From: Alkalicoccus daliensis
Lineage (GTDB): Bacteria; Bacillota; Bacilli; Bacillales; Salisediminibacteriaceae
Reading direction: 5' to 3'
DNA length: 32,000 nucleotides
Assembly (NCBI RefSeq): GCF_900103955.1
Contig: NZ_FNIL01000014.1
Coordinates: 1-32,000, forward strand
Shown here: positions 18,680 through 27,576 of the stretch, piece by piece
Layout: each line of letters begins with the position of its first letter
Position numbering within the stretch: the first letter of the stretch is position 1
The notes under the pieces: generated by a model
The model's database searches: none
Seen by the model: the letters and a program-made list of their open reading frames with translations, nothing else
What the model was told of the DNA's origin: nothing
Position numbers and translations under genes: made by a program

Positions 18680-18696
18680 ACGGGAGACACTCCCGT
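18680..18696 (+). promoter_or_regulatory. Small hairpin in leader directly upstream of RBS
   Basis: ACGGGAG-aca-CTCCCGT, followed by gaaaggagg. Confidence 0.5.
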
Positions 18697-18714
18697 AGAA
18701 AGGAGGAAGTTAGA

Positions 18715-18981
18715 ATGGACGTAGGCAGAATGTCAATGGCCACGAGTCAGGTCCAAACCCAGCAGCAGGCATCTGAACTGATGCAGCAGCATCAGCTGGT
18801 GGAGGAAGCAACTCAGCCGGAAGGACGTGCCGCAGCTGTAGGCACAGCTTCCGAGTTGAACAATCAGCAGCAGAAACACCAGCATGAGCAGCAGGAACAG
18901 CAGATCATGCAGCAGCTGATTGATCAGCAGCAAAGGTCGGTACAGCCGTATTTAGGCGGTATCGTTGATGTACGCGTATAG
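18715..18981 (+). CDS. YjfB-like putative motility protein with Gln/His-rich insertion
   Basis: N-terminus MDVGRMSMATSQVQTQQQASEL and C-terminus YLGGIVDVRV resemble the short YjfB family; aaggagg RBS. Confidence 0.55.
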   Translation: MDVGRMSMATSQVQTQQQASELMQQHQLVEEATQPEGRAAAVGTASELNNQQQKHQHEQQEQQIMQQLIDQQQRSVQPYLGGIVDVRV

Positions 18982-18993
18982 TGCATCATGCGG

Positions 18994-19025
18994 AAAAGTC
19001 GTTCTCTATAGAGAATGGCTTTTTT
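18994..19025 (+). terminator. Intrinsic terminator
   Basis: aaaagtcgttctct-at-agagaatggctttttt. Confidence 0.7.
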
Positions 19026-19221
19026 GTATGCAGAAGCAGGACAGATTACAGGATAGACTGTATATTCCTTATTTGTTCCTCTCAAGAGTAATATGCATAA
19101 ATTCATTATATTTTAAAATTCTTAATTTTCAAAATAATATACTTAATTTTCTGCACAATTATGTTATATTAGTGGTATAATGCTGTGCTTTGAGTGAATA
19201 TCAAATATGGAGGGATGCACG

Positions 19222-19578
19222 ATGCAGGAAAAAGGCTCGCCCCCTGTCAGCAGTTCCGGATTGAACCAGAATACAGCAGCTACGTTAAGTTATGTGCTCG
19301 GATTCATTACAGGACTCATTTTTTTATTTTTGGAAAAAGATAATAAGTTTATTCGCTATCATGCCATGCAGTCAATAGTCATATCCCTCGCTTTTCTGCT
19401 TATCAACACGATACTCAGCTTTATTCCGATCATCGGCTGGATTCTCGCACCGCTGTTTGCACCGGTTGCACTTATCATCTGGATTCTTTGCATGGTGAAA
19501 GCTTACCAGGGCCACTGGTATGAATTTCCTGTCGCAGGGAAATTCGCCAGGGAACAGGTGGAGAAAATGCCGTCTTAA
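19222..19578 (+). CDS. DUF4870-like small membrane protein
   Basis: LSYVLGFITGLIFLFLEKDNKFIRYHAMQSIVISLAFLLINTILSFIPIIGWILAPLFAP; ggaggg RBS. Confidence 0.65.
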   Translation: MQEKGSPPVSSSGLNQNTAATLSYVLGFITGLIFLFLEKDNKFIRYHAMQSIVISLAFLLINTILSFIPIIGWILAPLFAPVALIIWILCMVKAYQGHWYEFPVAGKFAREQVEKMPS

Positions 19579-19586
19579 ACATATTG

Positions 19587-19622
19587 CAAAAAGGAGCAGC
19601 CTCTTGGGACTGCTCCTTTACT
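19587..19622. terminator. Intrinsic terminator between convergent genes
   Basis: aaaaaggagcag-cctcttggga-ctgctcctttactt. Confidence 0.75.
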
Positions 19623-20512
19623 TATTCTGAAGAAGTAGACAGCGGGTTTTCCTTATCGCTCATCCATTCATTCAGGGAACCATCATACACTGCCGCTTCT
19701 TTTCCCAGAGAGGCAAGCGCAAGTGCATTCCAGGTAGCTGCCACGCCGCCCCCGCAGTACGTAATTACTTTTTTCTCCGGGTCAAGCGCGCCGGTGGAGG
19801 TGAAAATTGCCCTTAAAGTGTCTTCGTGCGGAAGAGAGCCGGAAGGCGTACTTAAATCCCCGAAAAACACATGCTCACTGCCGGGAATATGTCCTTTTCT
19901 CGGATAGTTGTTTGTCTCCCCGCGAAAATCTTCACTGGATAGGCAGTTCATAATAATTGTTTTTTCATCGTACATAGAATCTTTAATATCATTGATAGTA
20001 GCGTAAAGTTCCGGCCGGTATCTGCCGATAAAAGAACCAGCGGCCGTTAACGGGATTTCCTCTGTTAATGGTTTTGCTTCCTGTTTCCACTTGGGCAGGC
20101 CGCCGCCGAGAACAAATACTTTATTATGGCCGGAAAGTCGAAACTGCCACCATAACCGCGATGCCCAGTCTGAAGAAGTGAAGGTGGCGCCGACTACCGG
20201 ACCGCGGTCATAAATCACCACGGTAGTGTCATCGTCGATTCCGAGTCCCCTTGCTTCATGGACAAAGGACTCGTGCGGGAGAGCGGTAAGCGGCTGCGCG
20301 GCATCTACATCGGAAAACTGTGTAAGCAGGTTCGCGAAAACAGCGTTTGGCAGATGTGCCAGCTGATAAGCTTCCTCGCCGGGAGTAATACGAAGGCCTT
20401 CATCTGTCTGTTCCATAAATACAGTCGCATCAATAATACGAAGGTTGTCATCATCTTTATGCTCAAAAAGCCAATCTGTCGTTACGAGTGGATGTACGTC
20501 CATTAATATCAC
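19622..20512 (-). CDS. Sulfurtransferase (thiosulfate/3-mercaptopyruvate type, two rhodanese domains)
   Basis: LRIIDATVFM, VVIYDRGPVVGATFTSSDWASRLWWQFRLSGHNKVFVLGGGLPKW, KKVITYCGGGVAATWNALALASLGKEAAVYDGSLNEW. Confidence 0.85.
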   Translation of the reverse strand: MILMDVHPLVTTDWLFEHKDDDNLRIIDATVFMEQTDEGLRITPGEEAYQLAHLPNAVFANLLTQFSDVDAAQPLTALPHESFVHEARGLGIDDDTTVVIYDRGPVVGATFTSSDWASRLWWQFRLSGHNKVFVLGGGLPKWKQEAKPLTEEIPLTAAGSFIGRYRPELYATINDIKDSMYDEKTIIMNCLSSEDFRGETNNYPRKGHIPGSEHVFFGDLSTPSGSLPHEDTLRAIFTSTGALDPEKKVITYCGGGVAATWNALALASLGKEAAVYDGSLNEWMSDKENPLSTSSE

Positions 20513-20595
20513 GCTCCTTTTTCCTTTTTAGTATACCGATAGATCCGTTTCGATACGAATAATATGCTGATGCTCAATTAAACAGGAGGATGCTT

Positions 20596-20823
20596 ATGAA
20601 TGCGAATGAATTGTTTCTTCAGGAACAGCTGGAGTGGACGAAAAAAAGAATGGCGCTTTATGATGCTATAGAAAATAAACTGAGAGAAATGCGGGAAATA
20701 GCGGAAGAAGCTGCGGACAACCGTGCGACTGATGCAGACCGGTTGCATCTGCAGCAGCAAATAGAAGAAAAACAGACGGAACTGGAAGAGCTCCAGTCGG
20801 AACTGGAAACAATCGTTCATTAA
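20596..20823 (+). CDS. Small coiled-coil hypothetical protein
   Basis: caggagg RBS before ATG 20596; heptad-rich sequence. Confidence 0.55.
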   Translation: MNANELFLQEQLEWTKKRMALYDAIENKLREMREIAEEAADNRATDADRLHLQQQIEEKQTELEELQSELETIVH

Positions 20824-20896
20824 GACAAGTTGAGGAAGGAAGTCCCGCAAAAAATAATTCACCTTTCCGCCGCATGGAGAAATAATTAAATTTCCT

Positions 20897-20923
20897 TAAA
20901 CAAATCGGTGCACCTGCCGATAT
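20897..20923 (+). promoter_or_regulatory. Candidate SigD (sigma-28) promoter
   Basis: TAAA-N15-GCCGATAT, matching the SigD consensus. Confidence 0.75.
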
Positions 20924-21038
20924 TACACTTAGCGCATATAATGACTATATTTATCAGCAGAAGGTCCGACTGGATCAATTTCTACATGGAAATTCTAAAG
21001 TGCTGCAGAAAATAACGAAATTGAAGAAGATAAGCAAA

Positions 21039-21080
21039 AACAGAAAAAAGAAGCCTCGTGCCGATTTTTTCTGTTTTTTA
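21039..21080 (+). terminator. Terminator-like hairpin in the leader between SigD promoter and fliD paralog 1
   Basis: AACAGAAAAAA-gaagcctcgtgccga-TTTTTTCTGTT followed by tttttattttttt. Confidence 0.6.
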
Positions 21081-21169
21081 TTTTTTTCAGCATATTTTCA
21101 GGTGTTCTATATCTAACAAAGATGAATTACATAATGAAAGCATAACAGTAAATTCGAAGGGATGATTGG

Positions 21170-22777
21170 ATGGATGGCATGAACAGGATGACGGGGTTTG
21201 CCTCCGGAATGGATATAAACCAGATGGTATCAGATTTAATGCGAGCGGAGCGGCAACCGCTGGAACCTATGCAGCAGAATTCTATGGAGCTGCAGCTGAA
21301 AATTGATGAATACAGGCAGATGAATTTAAAATTTTCGGAGTTTCGCAACAACACGTTTGACGGTATTTTACGCTCCTCTAACATGCGGTCAAGAGAAACT
21401 GTCAGTTCCAATGAAGCTGCTGTGACTGCACGGGCTTCCGCAAGTACGCCAGAGGGAAGCTACACCATATCCGATGCTTCTCTCGCCAGGGCGGAAATGC
21501 ACGTATCTGAAGCGGCGGGAGAAAACGGGTCTTTTGTAAATGACCTAGCTGCATTTGACCGCAGTGAAAGTTTTCTCCAGCAGGCAGAACTTTTACATGG
21601 CGTAGAAGAAGGCCAGACCGAAGCTGCGTTTGCTATTGCAGTATTTGATGAAAATGGTGCTGCAGTGCCGCAGGAATTTACTGTGGATGAAAGCAGCAGT
21701 CTCGATGATATTCTCAATGATGTGAATCAGTCTGCATTAGGTGTACAGGCTTTTTATGATGAATTCTCCGGAAGGATTTCTCTGCAGAGAGCAGAAACGG
21801 GCGTTTTTAATGAGACTGGGAATGAAATTCAGTTTGGGGAAATAGATGCAGACGGGGAGTTTATAGAAGCTGAACCAGGAGAGCAGCATTTCTTTTCCAC
21901 GGCCTTTGGGCTGGAAAACAATACGCCGATGCAGGAAGCAGCAAATGCGGCCTTTACGATGAATGGGCTCAGTGAAATGGAAAGACGCAGCAATTCTTTT
22001 GAAATAAACGGGTTAAATGTAACTTTGAATCAGCCCTTCACTGAACAAGTATCGATCGGTGTATCTTCAGATGACGAAAAAATATTTGATACAGTAATGG
22101 GATTTGTTGAAGATTATAATGAGCTCGTAAGTGCAATGCAGGAAAAAACAGGGGAAGAATATTTCCGGGATTATGCACCTCTAACAGATGAGCAGCGGAG
22201 AGAATTATCAGACACAGAGGTGGAAATGTGGGAGGAAAAGTCAAACAGCGGCCTGCTGCGGAGAGACAGTATTATTTCGGGTGCGGTCAGCTCCATGAGA
22301 TCCCAGTTTTATGAACCGGTGAATACAGCGGATGGTGATCAGGCTTTCACACAGATTACAGAAATAGGCATAACTACTTCCACCGATTTCCGCCAGGGCG
22401 GGATACTGGAAGTGAATGAGGAGCAGCTGCGCGCCTCTATCGCGGAAGATCCGGATGCGGTATTTAACTTATTTGCCGCAGATGGAGAAACACAGGAAGA
22501 GCGCGGAATAGCGAGAAGGCTCCGTGCTACGCTCGACGACAGCATCCAGCAGATCGGACAGCGTGCCGGACGCACGGAAATGTCCGGGAATCAGACATTT
22601 ACTCTCGGCAGGGAGCTCGAACAGCAGTCAGATCAAATTTCGAATTTTGAGCGACGGATGCAGCAGGTCGAACAGCGTTACTGGAGCCAGTTCAATGCTA
22701 TGGAACAGGCAATGGCCCGTGCGAACGCACAGGCCGAACAGCTGATGTCGCAGATGGGCGGCAAGCAGGGAATGTAG
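21170..22777 (+). CDS. fliD: Flagellar hook-associated protein 2 (FliD, filament cap), paralog 1
   Basis: MTGFASGMDINQMVSDLMRAERQPLEPM N-terminus and C-terminal LRATLDDSIQQIGQRAGR...FERRMQQVEQRYWSQFNAMEQAMARANAQAEQL. Confidence 0.85.
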   Translation: MDGMNRMTGFASGMDINQMVSDLMRAERQPLEPMQQNSMELQLKIDEYRQMNLKFSEFRNNTFDGILRSSNMRSRETVSSNEAAVTARASASTPEGSYTISDASLARAEMHVSEAAGENGSFVNDLAAFDRSESFLQQAELLHGVEEGQTEAAFAIAVFDENGAAVPQEFTVDESSSLDDILNDVNQSALGVQAFYDEFSGRISLQRAETGVFNETGNEIQFGEIDADGEFIEAEPGEQHFFSTAFGLENNTPMQEAANAAFTMNGLSEMERRSNSFEINGLNVTLNQPFTEQVSIGVSSDDEKIFDTVMGFVEDYNELVSAMQEKTGEEYFRDYAPLTDEQRRELSDTEVEMWEEKSNSGLLRRDSIISGAVSSMRSQFYEPVNTADGDQAFTQITEIGITTSTDFRQGGILEVNEEQLRASIAEDPDAVFNLFAADGETQEERGIARRLRATLDDSIQQIGQRAGRTEMSGNQTFTLGRELEQQSDQISNFERRMQQVEQRYWSQFNAMEQAMARANAQAEQLMSQMGGKQGM

Positions 22778-22807
22778 GCAGGTTCCATACTGGCAATGCA
22801 GTTCATT

Positions 22808-23392
22808 TTAAAATATCATCAGGAGAATACTGCCAATTAAAGCAGTAATAATAAGAAAATGGACTGCTTTTAAAAGGGTTTTCCTAAATACAGAATTTTC
22901 TCCGAACTGGTAAGAGAGGTAAAAGCCTATCAGCGGATAAGCAGTAAATACAAAAGGAACTACAAAAAAGATACTTAAAATCCCGGTTATCCAGCTTGTG
23001 TACTGATTCAATAAGAACAAACTGAGCAGGAAGGGTACAGTGGTAAACACTGTATACTTTGCATAAGATTTCATTTGAGAAAGGTAAAATTCTTTCTGGG
23101 TGTCCGGGTCAGAATAAATCGGAGTCGTTCCCGCCGGAGCCCGGAAAATATATAAAGAGCCCTGGGAAGCAGCCAGCTCCCATCCTGCTGCCTCGAACAT
23201 CTCAAAATATTCTGCCTCCGGATTGTCCCGGAAATCAATTTTATAGGTGAAATCTGCGGGCTCTCCTTTTTCAAAGAGATAATTGAGTCCACGGAACCCG
23301 CTTAAATGATTTCCGTTCTGCGATTCCTCACGCAGCATTTCCATATCGTCAGACTCACCAAAAGCTAAACCGCTACTCCATTTTTTCTTCAT
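22808..23392 (-). CDS. DUF2812-like membrane protein
   Basis: KKKWSSGLAFGESDDMEMLREESQNGNHLSGFRGLNYLFEKGEPADFTYKIDFR followed by TM segments; downstream of and overlapping PadR gene. Confidence 0.75.
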   Translation of the reverse strand: MKKKWSSGLAFGESDDMEMLREESQNGNHLSGFRGLNYLFEKGEPADFTYKIDFRDNPEAEYFEMFEAAGWELAASQGSLYIFRAPAGTTPIYSDPDTQKEFYLSQMKSYAKYTVFTTVPFLLSLFLLNQYTSWITGILSIFFVVPFVFTAYPLIGFYLSYQFGENSVFRKTLLKAVHFLIITALIGSILLMIF

Positions 23393-23717
23393 TGATATTT
23401 CCCTCCAGTGCAATTTTTCCGTGCTGTACCATCATTTCCCGGCGCACCACTTCTTTTTGCAGGACTGTTTTCCCATAATTTGAAATAAGATAGACTTTTT
23501 TATTGTTTTCCTCCAGTTTCTCTACGATCAGTTCTTTTGTTTTCAGCTTTTTCAGCGTGGTGTACATAGAAGCCGGACCAATTTTCAGCGTTCCATTAGT
23601 CATCTTTTCAATCGCCTGCATAATTGCGTACCCATGCATCGGCTGCAGCAGTGTGATTAAAATATAATACATTGTATCAGTGAGCTCTCCCTGCTTCAGG
23701 GATTCGTTTCTTGCCAA
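23373..23717 (-). CDS. PadR family transcriptional regulator
   Basis: LKQGELTDTMYYILITLLQPMHGYAIMQAIEKMTNGTLKIGPASMYTTLKKL; TTG start after ggaggtg. Confidence 0.85.
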   Translation of the reverse strand: MARNESLKQGELTDTMYYILITLLQPMHGYAIMQAIEKMTNGTLKIGPASMYTTLKKLKTKELIVEKLEENNKKVYLISNYGKTVLQKEVVRREMMVQHGKIALEGNINEEKME

Positions 23718-23731
23718 TTACTTCACCTCCA

Positions 23732-23780
23732 TATATCGTTTAATGATATATCTGTTAATAATATATCATTAAACGATATA
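23732..23780. promoter_or_regulatory. Probable PadR operator (20-bp arms, 9-nt spacer)
   Basis: TATATCGTTTAATGATATAT-ctgttaata-ATATATCATTAAACGATATA immediately upstream of the padR RBS. Confidence 0.8.
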
Positions 23781-24028
23781 ATGATCAAGTATTTATCTTA
23801 TGTTTCTGGATTGATTTAGCCGCATCAGCTTATAATTCCTGCTTAGGAAAGGCAGGTTTCTGTTGGGAATTGAAGGAGAACCTTAAATCGGTAAAATTAT
23901 CTATTTATGAAATTCTTTCTTCTGTAAACTCACAGACTGATGCATCTAAATCTAATATAAAAATACCAGCGGATTAAAAGCTGGTTTCTTGCGTAGAAAA
24001 AGAGGGCATGTTAAGATAAAATTATAAA

Positions 24029-24045
24029 TGACTGACAGTCAGTCA
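24029..24045. promoter_or_regulatory. Probable TetR-family operator
   Basis: Perfect palindrome TGACTGAC-A-GTCAGTCA, 16 nt upstream of ATG 24062. Confidence 0.8.
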
Positions 24046-24061
24046 AAAGCAGGAGGGCGAA

Positions 24062-24634
24062 ATGAGAGAAGAAAAACAGAGGAAAATTGTGGATGCAGCG
24101 ATGGAAGTTATTGAAGAACACGGATTTGAAAAAGCATCTGTTTCTCAGTTTGTGAAAAGGGCAGGAGTCGCGCAGGGGACTTTCTATTTATACTTCTCCT
24201 CCAAAAATGAAATTGTTCCTGCGATCGCAGAAAGAATCTTGACAGAGCAGCTGAAAAGGGTGCAGGAGAGAGCAGGGGAAAGCCCTTCCCGCAAAGAGCT
24301 CCTGCACGCGCTGATTGATATTACATTTGATATTACAGAAGAATACAAATCGCTGATCAGCTTCTGCTACGCAGGGATTGCGCTGTATTATTCTTTCGAA
24401 CGATGGGAAGAAATCTACCGTCCGTATTACAGCTGGCTGGAGGAACAATTTGAACATCTGCGCAGCGATAAAAAAATAGCGGGAAATGTAGCGCTGGCAT
24501 ATCAGGTAAATTATACGGTCGGCTTAATTGAACACGGTGCAGAATCTTATTATTTATCCCATACCGCTGCTGGGGACAGGAAAGAAATGAAGAAGCAGCT
24601 TTATAAATTTACAAAACAGGCACTTTATGCTTAA
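24062..24634 (+). CDS. TetR/AcrR family transcriptional regulator
   Basis: EEKQRKIVDAAMEVIEEHGFEKASVSQFVKRAGVAQGTFYLYFSSKNEI HTH; ggaggg RBS. Confidence 0.88.
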   Translation: MREEKQRKIVDAAMEVIEEHGFEKASVSQFVKRAGVAQGTFYLYFSSKNEIVPAIAERILTEQLKRVQERAGESPSRKELLHALIDITFDITEEYKSLISFCYAGIALYYSFERWEEIYRPYYSWLEEQFEHLRSDKKIAGNVALAYQVNYTVGLIEHGAESYYLSHTAAGDRKEMKKQLYKFTKQALYA

Positions 24635-24662
24635 TGAACATTAAAAATTTTGAGGTGGAATA

Positions 24663-25574
24663 ATGAACGGCGTATCAGAAAAAAGAATTCTTTGGATGTC
24701 TGTAATTGCAGCCATCCTTTTTTCGGTGGCAGGAGTAACGCTGGGACTTCTGTTCGATTCTCAGATGATATTATTCGATGGCTTATATTCGTTTATCAGT
24801 GTAGGGCTTTCTTATATTTCTCTGGCAGCATTAAAATTTATGAATCAATCTGATTGGGAAAAATACCCTTTCGGGAAGGATATGTTAGAACCGATTGTTA
24901 TCCTTGTAAAATATACGGTCATTCTTCTGCTTGTCACAGGTTCCATCCTCGCAGCTGCAGTCTCGCTGTTTCAGGGCGGCAGGGATTTCCAGGTAGGCCC
25001 CGCCTTTTTATACGCAGCTGTATCTATGGCTGCTTGTCTTGGAGTGTACGTATATCTACGAAAGAAAAGTCACACGGGAAGCTCCTTGGTAAGGGCCGAA
25101 GCAAACCAGTGGATGATGGATTCGCTTGTGAGTGTAGGAGTATTTATTGGCTTTCTCGGTGCACTCGTATTGCAGCGCTTCGGCTATCAGGGCATCGTGC
25201 CTTATATAGATCCGGTCATGGTAATGCTTGTATCTCTCTATTTTCTGAAGTTTCCTTTAAAAGAGATGAAAAACGCCTGGAAGGAAGTACTGGAAATGGC
25301 GCCGGAAGATAATGTGCGGGAAAGAGTGCAGGAAAAAGTTGCAGAAATTGAGAAGCAGCACAAAATTGAAGAAAGCTTTATTAGAATCTCCCGCGTAGGG
25401 AGGACCATCTGGGTGGAAATCGATTTAGTGGCCGGCAGTGATCCTTCTCTGGAATCTTTAAGTGTCCAGGATAATGTAAGAGAAAAAATTGCAGAAGTGC
25501 TGGAAGGGACAGCTCCGAAAAAGTGGCTGACTGTTTGTTTTATGAAAGACAGGCGCTGGGCGGTAGAGGAATAG
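24663..25574 (+). CDS. Cation diffusion facilitator family transporter
   Basis: FDSQMILFDGLYSFISVGLSYISLAALKF, EANQWMMDSLVSVGVFIGFL, PYIDPVMVMLVSLYFL; six-TM pattern with cytosolic C-terminus. Confidence 0.82.
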   Translation: MNGVSEKRILWMSVIAAILFSVAGVTLGLLFDSQMILFDGLYSFISVGLSYISLAALKFMNQSDWEKYPFGKDMLEPIVILVKYTVILLLVTGSILAAAVSLFQGGRDFQVGPAFLYAAVSMAACLGVYVYLRKKSHTGSSLVRAEANQWMMDSLVSVGVFIGFLGALVLQRFGYQGIVPYIDPVMVMLVSLYFLKFPLKEMKNAWKEVLEMAPEDNVRERVQEKVAEIEKQHKIEESFIRISRVGRTIWVEIDLVAGSDPSLESLSVQDNVREKIAEVLEGTAPKKWLTVCFMKDRRWAVEE

Positions 25575-25626
25575 GAAAGAAGTGCGATGCTTGTATGTCT
25601 TAAGCCCTGTTTTCGGGAAAAATCCT

Positions 25627-25653
25627 TCAATCAGGAAGTGTAATAACCGATAT
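25627..25653 (+). promoter_or_regulatory. Candidate SigD promoter for fliD paralog 2 operon
   Basis: TCAA-N15-ACCGATAT. Confidence 0.6.
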
Positions 25654-25721
25654 GATAAATAGCATAATATATCGGGTAATTTACAGTTCCATACAACAGA
25701 ATAGTCAGAGGAGTGAAAGAC

Positions 25722-27509
25722 ATGCGGCTTAGCGGATTTGCTACCGGAATGGATATCAATCAGATGGTGAAGGATTTAATGCAGGCGGAAAAAATGCCTT
25801 TAAAAAAATTAGAGCAGAATAAAACATCTACACAGTGGAAGATTGATCAATACAGAGAAATTAATGTGAAGATGGATAAATTCAGAAACAATACGTTTGA
25901 TAATGTCATGCGACGTGCCAATATGATGATGAATACGGTAGTGAGTTCCAACGCATCGCTTGTCACTGCGACAGGAAATGCATCTACGTTAGAAGGAACG
26001 CTGCGTTTAACAGAAGTGAAAAAACTGGCTTCCGCAGCTTCAAATGCGAGCAGTGCTCCGGTAGCTGATAAATTAAATGTGACCGGAAAACTTTCTGAAC
26101 AGAATTTTAAAGCAGCGGAAGGGGAAATGTGGAAAACAGGAACGGTAAACAGGCAGACGGTGACCGTACAGCAGTCACAATCTACCATTGATTTGAACGT
26201 GGAGCTCGGAAATCCTGATTCCACAGTCGTGCGGGTCAATGGGGTTTCTTATAAGGTAGTAGAAGAAATGCCGGAAGGCGGACTAACTGCAACACAGGTA
26301 ATGCTTGATGCGGATTCCAAACAGCTTGTATTCGGCTCTGCTTTAGCCCGGAATGCTAAGGTGGAAGTTGTGACGGCAATTGAAGGAGAAGGAACGGATA
26401 AATTCTCCATGAATTCTATTACTACTTTTAATAAAGACGGCCAGGAAGTAAAGGAAAACTTTATTGTTACCGGTAATCAGACTATGAATGAAGTTATGTC
26501 TATGCTGAACCGTTCAAAAGCAGGCGTCAGCACTTTTTATGATACAGGAACGGACCGTGTCTCCATCGTACGGAACGATACTGGAATTTTTGCTCCGGAA
26601 GGCAGTGAAATGCGTTTTTCCGGCTCCTTTTTCGAACAGGGACTAAAGCTGAGCGATACGAATGAAATTGCCGCACAAAATGCAACGTTTACGATTAACG
26701 GTTTGGAAACAACGAGGCGTTCCAATACTTTTTCGGTCAACGGCATGAACATTACGCTGCATGAAACTTTTGCAAACCGGGAAGTGAATTTAAACGTTAA
26801 GCGGGATACAGATAAAATTGTAGAAACGATTATGTCTTTTGTAAATGAATATAATGAACTTCTCGAACTGGTGAATGGTAAAACAAGCCAGGAATTTTTC
26901 CGGGATTATCCACCGCTGACAGAAGAAGAACGGCGTGAGTTATCAGAGCGGGAAGCAGAACTCTGGGATGAAAAAGCAATGAGCGGCCTGCTCCGCAATG
27001 ATTCCATGCTGAGAAACGGCATGAATAATTTCCGCCAGCAGATGTACGGCCAGGTAACAGGCGGGATTGATACGCAAATACGGCAGCTTGCCCAGATAGG
27101 AATTACCACTACGTCCAATTTCCGTGACGGCGGAAAGCTGGAAGTAAATGAAGATCGTCTTCGTGCAGCTATCGAAAGCGATGCAGAGGGTGTCTATCAG
27201 CTGTTCGCGGCAGATGGTCCCACCCAGGCAGAGCAGGGAATTGCCAGAAGAGTCCGGACGAGTGCGAATACAATGATTGAAGCGATTGCGCAGAGAGCCG
27301 GAGGAATGCGGGGACGAACGGTGAACCAGCAGTTTACGCTCGGCCGGGAAATGAACAATATCGAAGACCGGATGACGAATTTTGAGCGGCGGATGAAGCA
27401 GGTGGAGCAGCGCTACTGGACACAGTTTACTGCGATGGAAAAAGCGGTATCCCGGGCAAATTCCCAGGGAGAAGCACTTTTTGCACAAATGTACGGAGGC
27501 ATGCAGTAA
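25722..27509 (+). CDS. fliD: Flagellar hook-associated protein 2 (FliD, filament cap), paralog 2
   Basis: LSGFATGMDINQMVKDLMQAEKMPLKKLEQNKTSTQWKIDQYREIN; C-terminal FERRMKQVEQRYWTQFTAMEKAVSRANSQGEALFAQM; gagGAG RBS before ATG 25722; followed by fliT-like and flaG genes. Confidence 0.92.
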   Translation: MRLSGFATGMDINQMVKDLMQAEKMPLKKLEQNKTSTQWKIDQYREINVKMDKFRNNTFDNVMRRANMMMNTVVSSNASLVTATGNASTLEGTLRLTEVKKLASAASNASSAPVADKLNVTGKLSEQNFKAAEGEMWKTGTVNRQTVTVQQSQSTIDLNVELGNPDSTVVRVNGVSYKVVEEMPEGGLTATQVMLDADSKQLVFGSALARNAKVEVVTAIEGEGTDKFSMNSITTFNKDGQEVKENFIVTGNQTMNEVMSMLNRSKAGVSTFYDTGTDRVSIVRNDTGIFAPEGSEMRFSGSFFEQGLKLSDTNEIAAQNATFTINGLETTRRSNTFSVNGMNITLHETFANREVNLNVKRDTDKIVETIMSFVNEYNELLELVNGKTSQEFFRDYPPLTEEERRELSEREAELWDEKAMSGLLRNDSMLRNGMNNFRQQMYGQVTGGIDTQIRQLAQIGITTTSNFRDGGKLEVNEDRLRAAIESDAEGVYQLFAADGPTQAEQGIARRVRTSANTMIEAIAQRAGGMRGRTVNQQFTLGREMNNIEDRMTNFERRMKQVEQRYWTQFTAMEKAVSRANSQGEALFAQMYGGMQ

Positions 27510-27576
27510 CACTTTCGGTGCTTTTCGACGGAAATCAGCTTGTTAATGAATTTTTGCTTGGGCAGGGGGAAGAAAA

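Noticed and set aside
23790-23990. Open frame without start (…DLAASAYNSCLGKAGFCWELKENLKSVKLSIYEILSSVNSQTDASKSNIKIPAD*) between padR and tetR
   Set aside because: No ATG/GTG/TTG start, no RBS and no family resemblance I can name; could be a remnant but not supportable.
26943-27512. 189-aa minus-strand ORF over the end of fliD paralog 2
   Set aside because: Antisense shadow of a strongly supported FliD C-terminal coding region.
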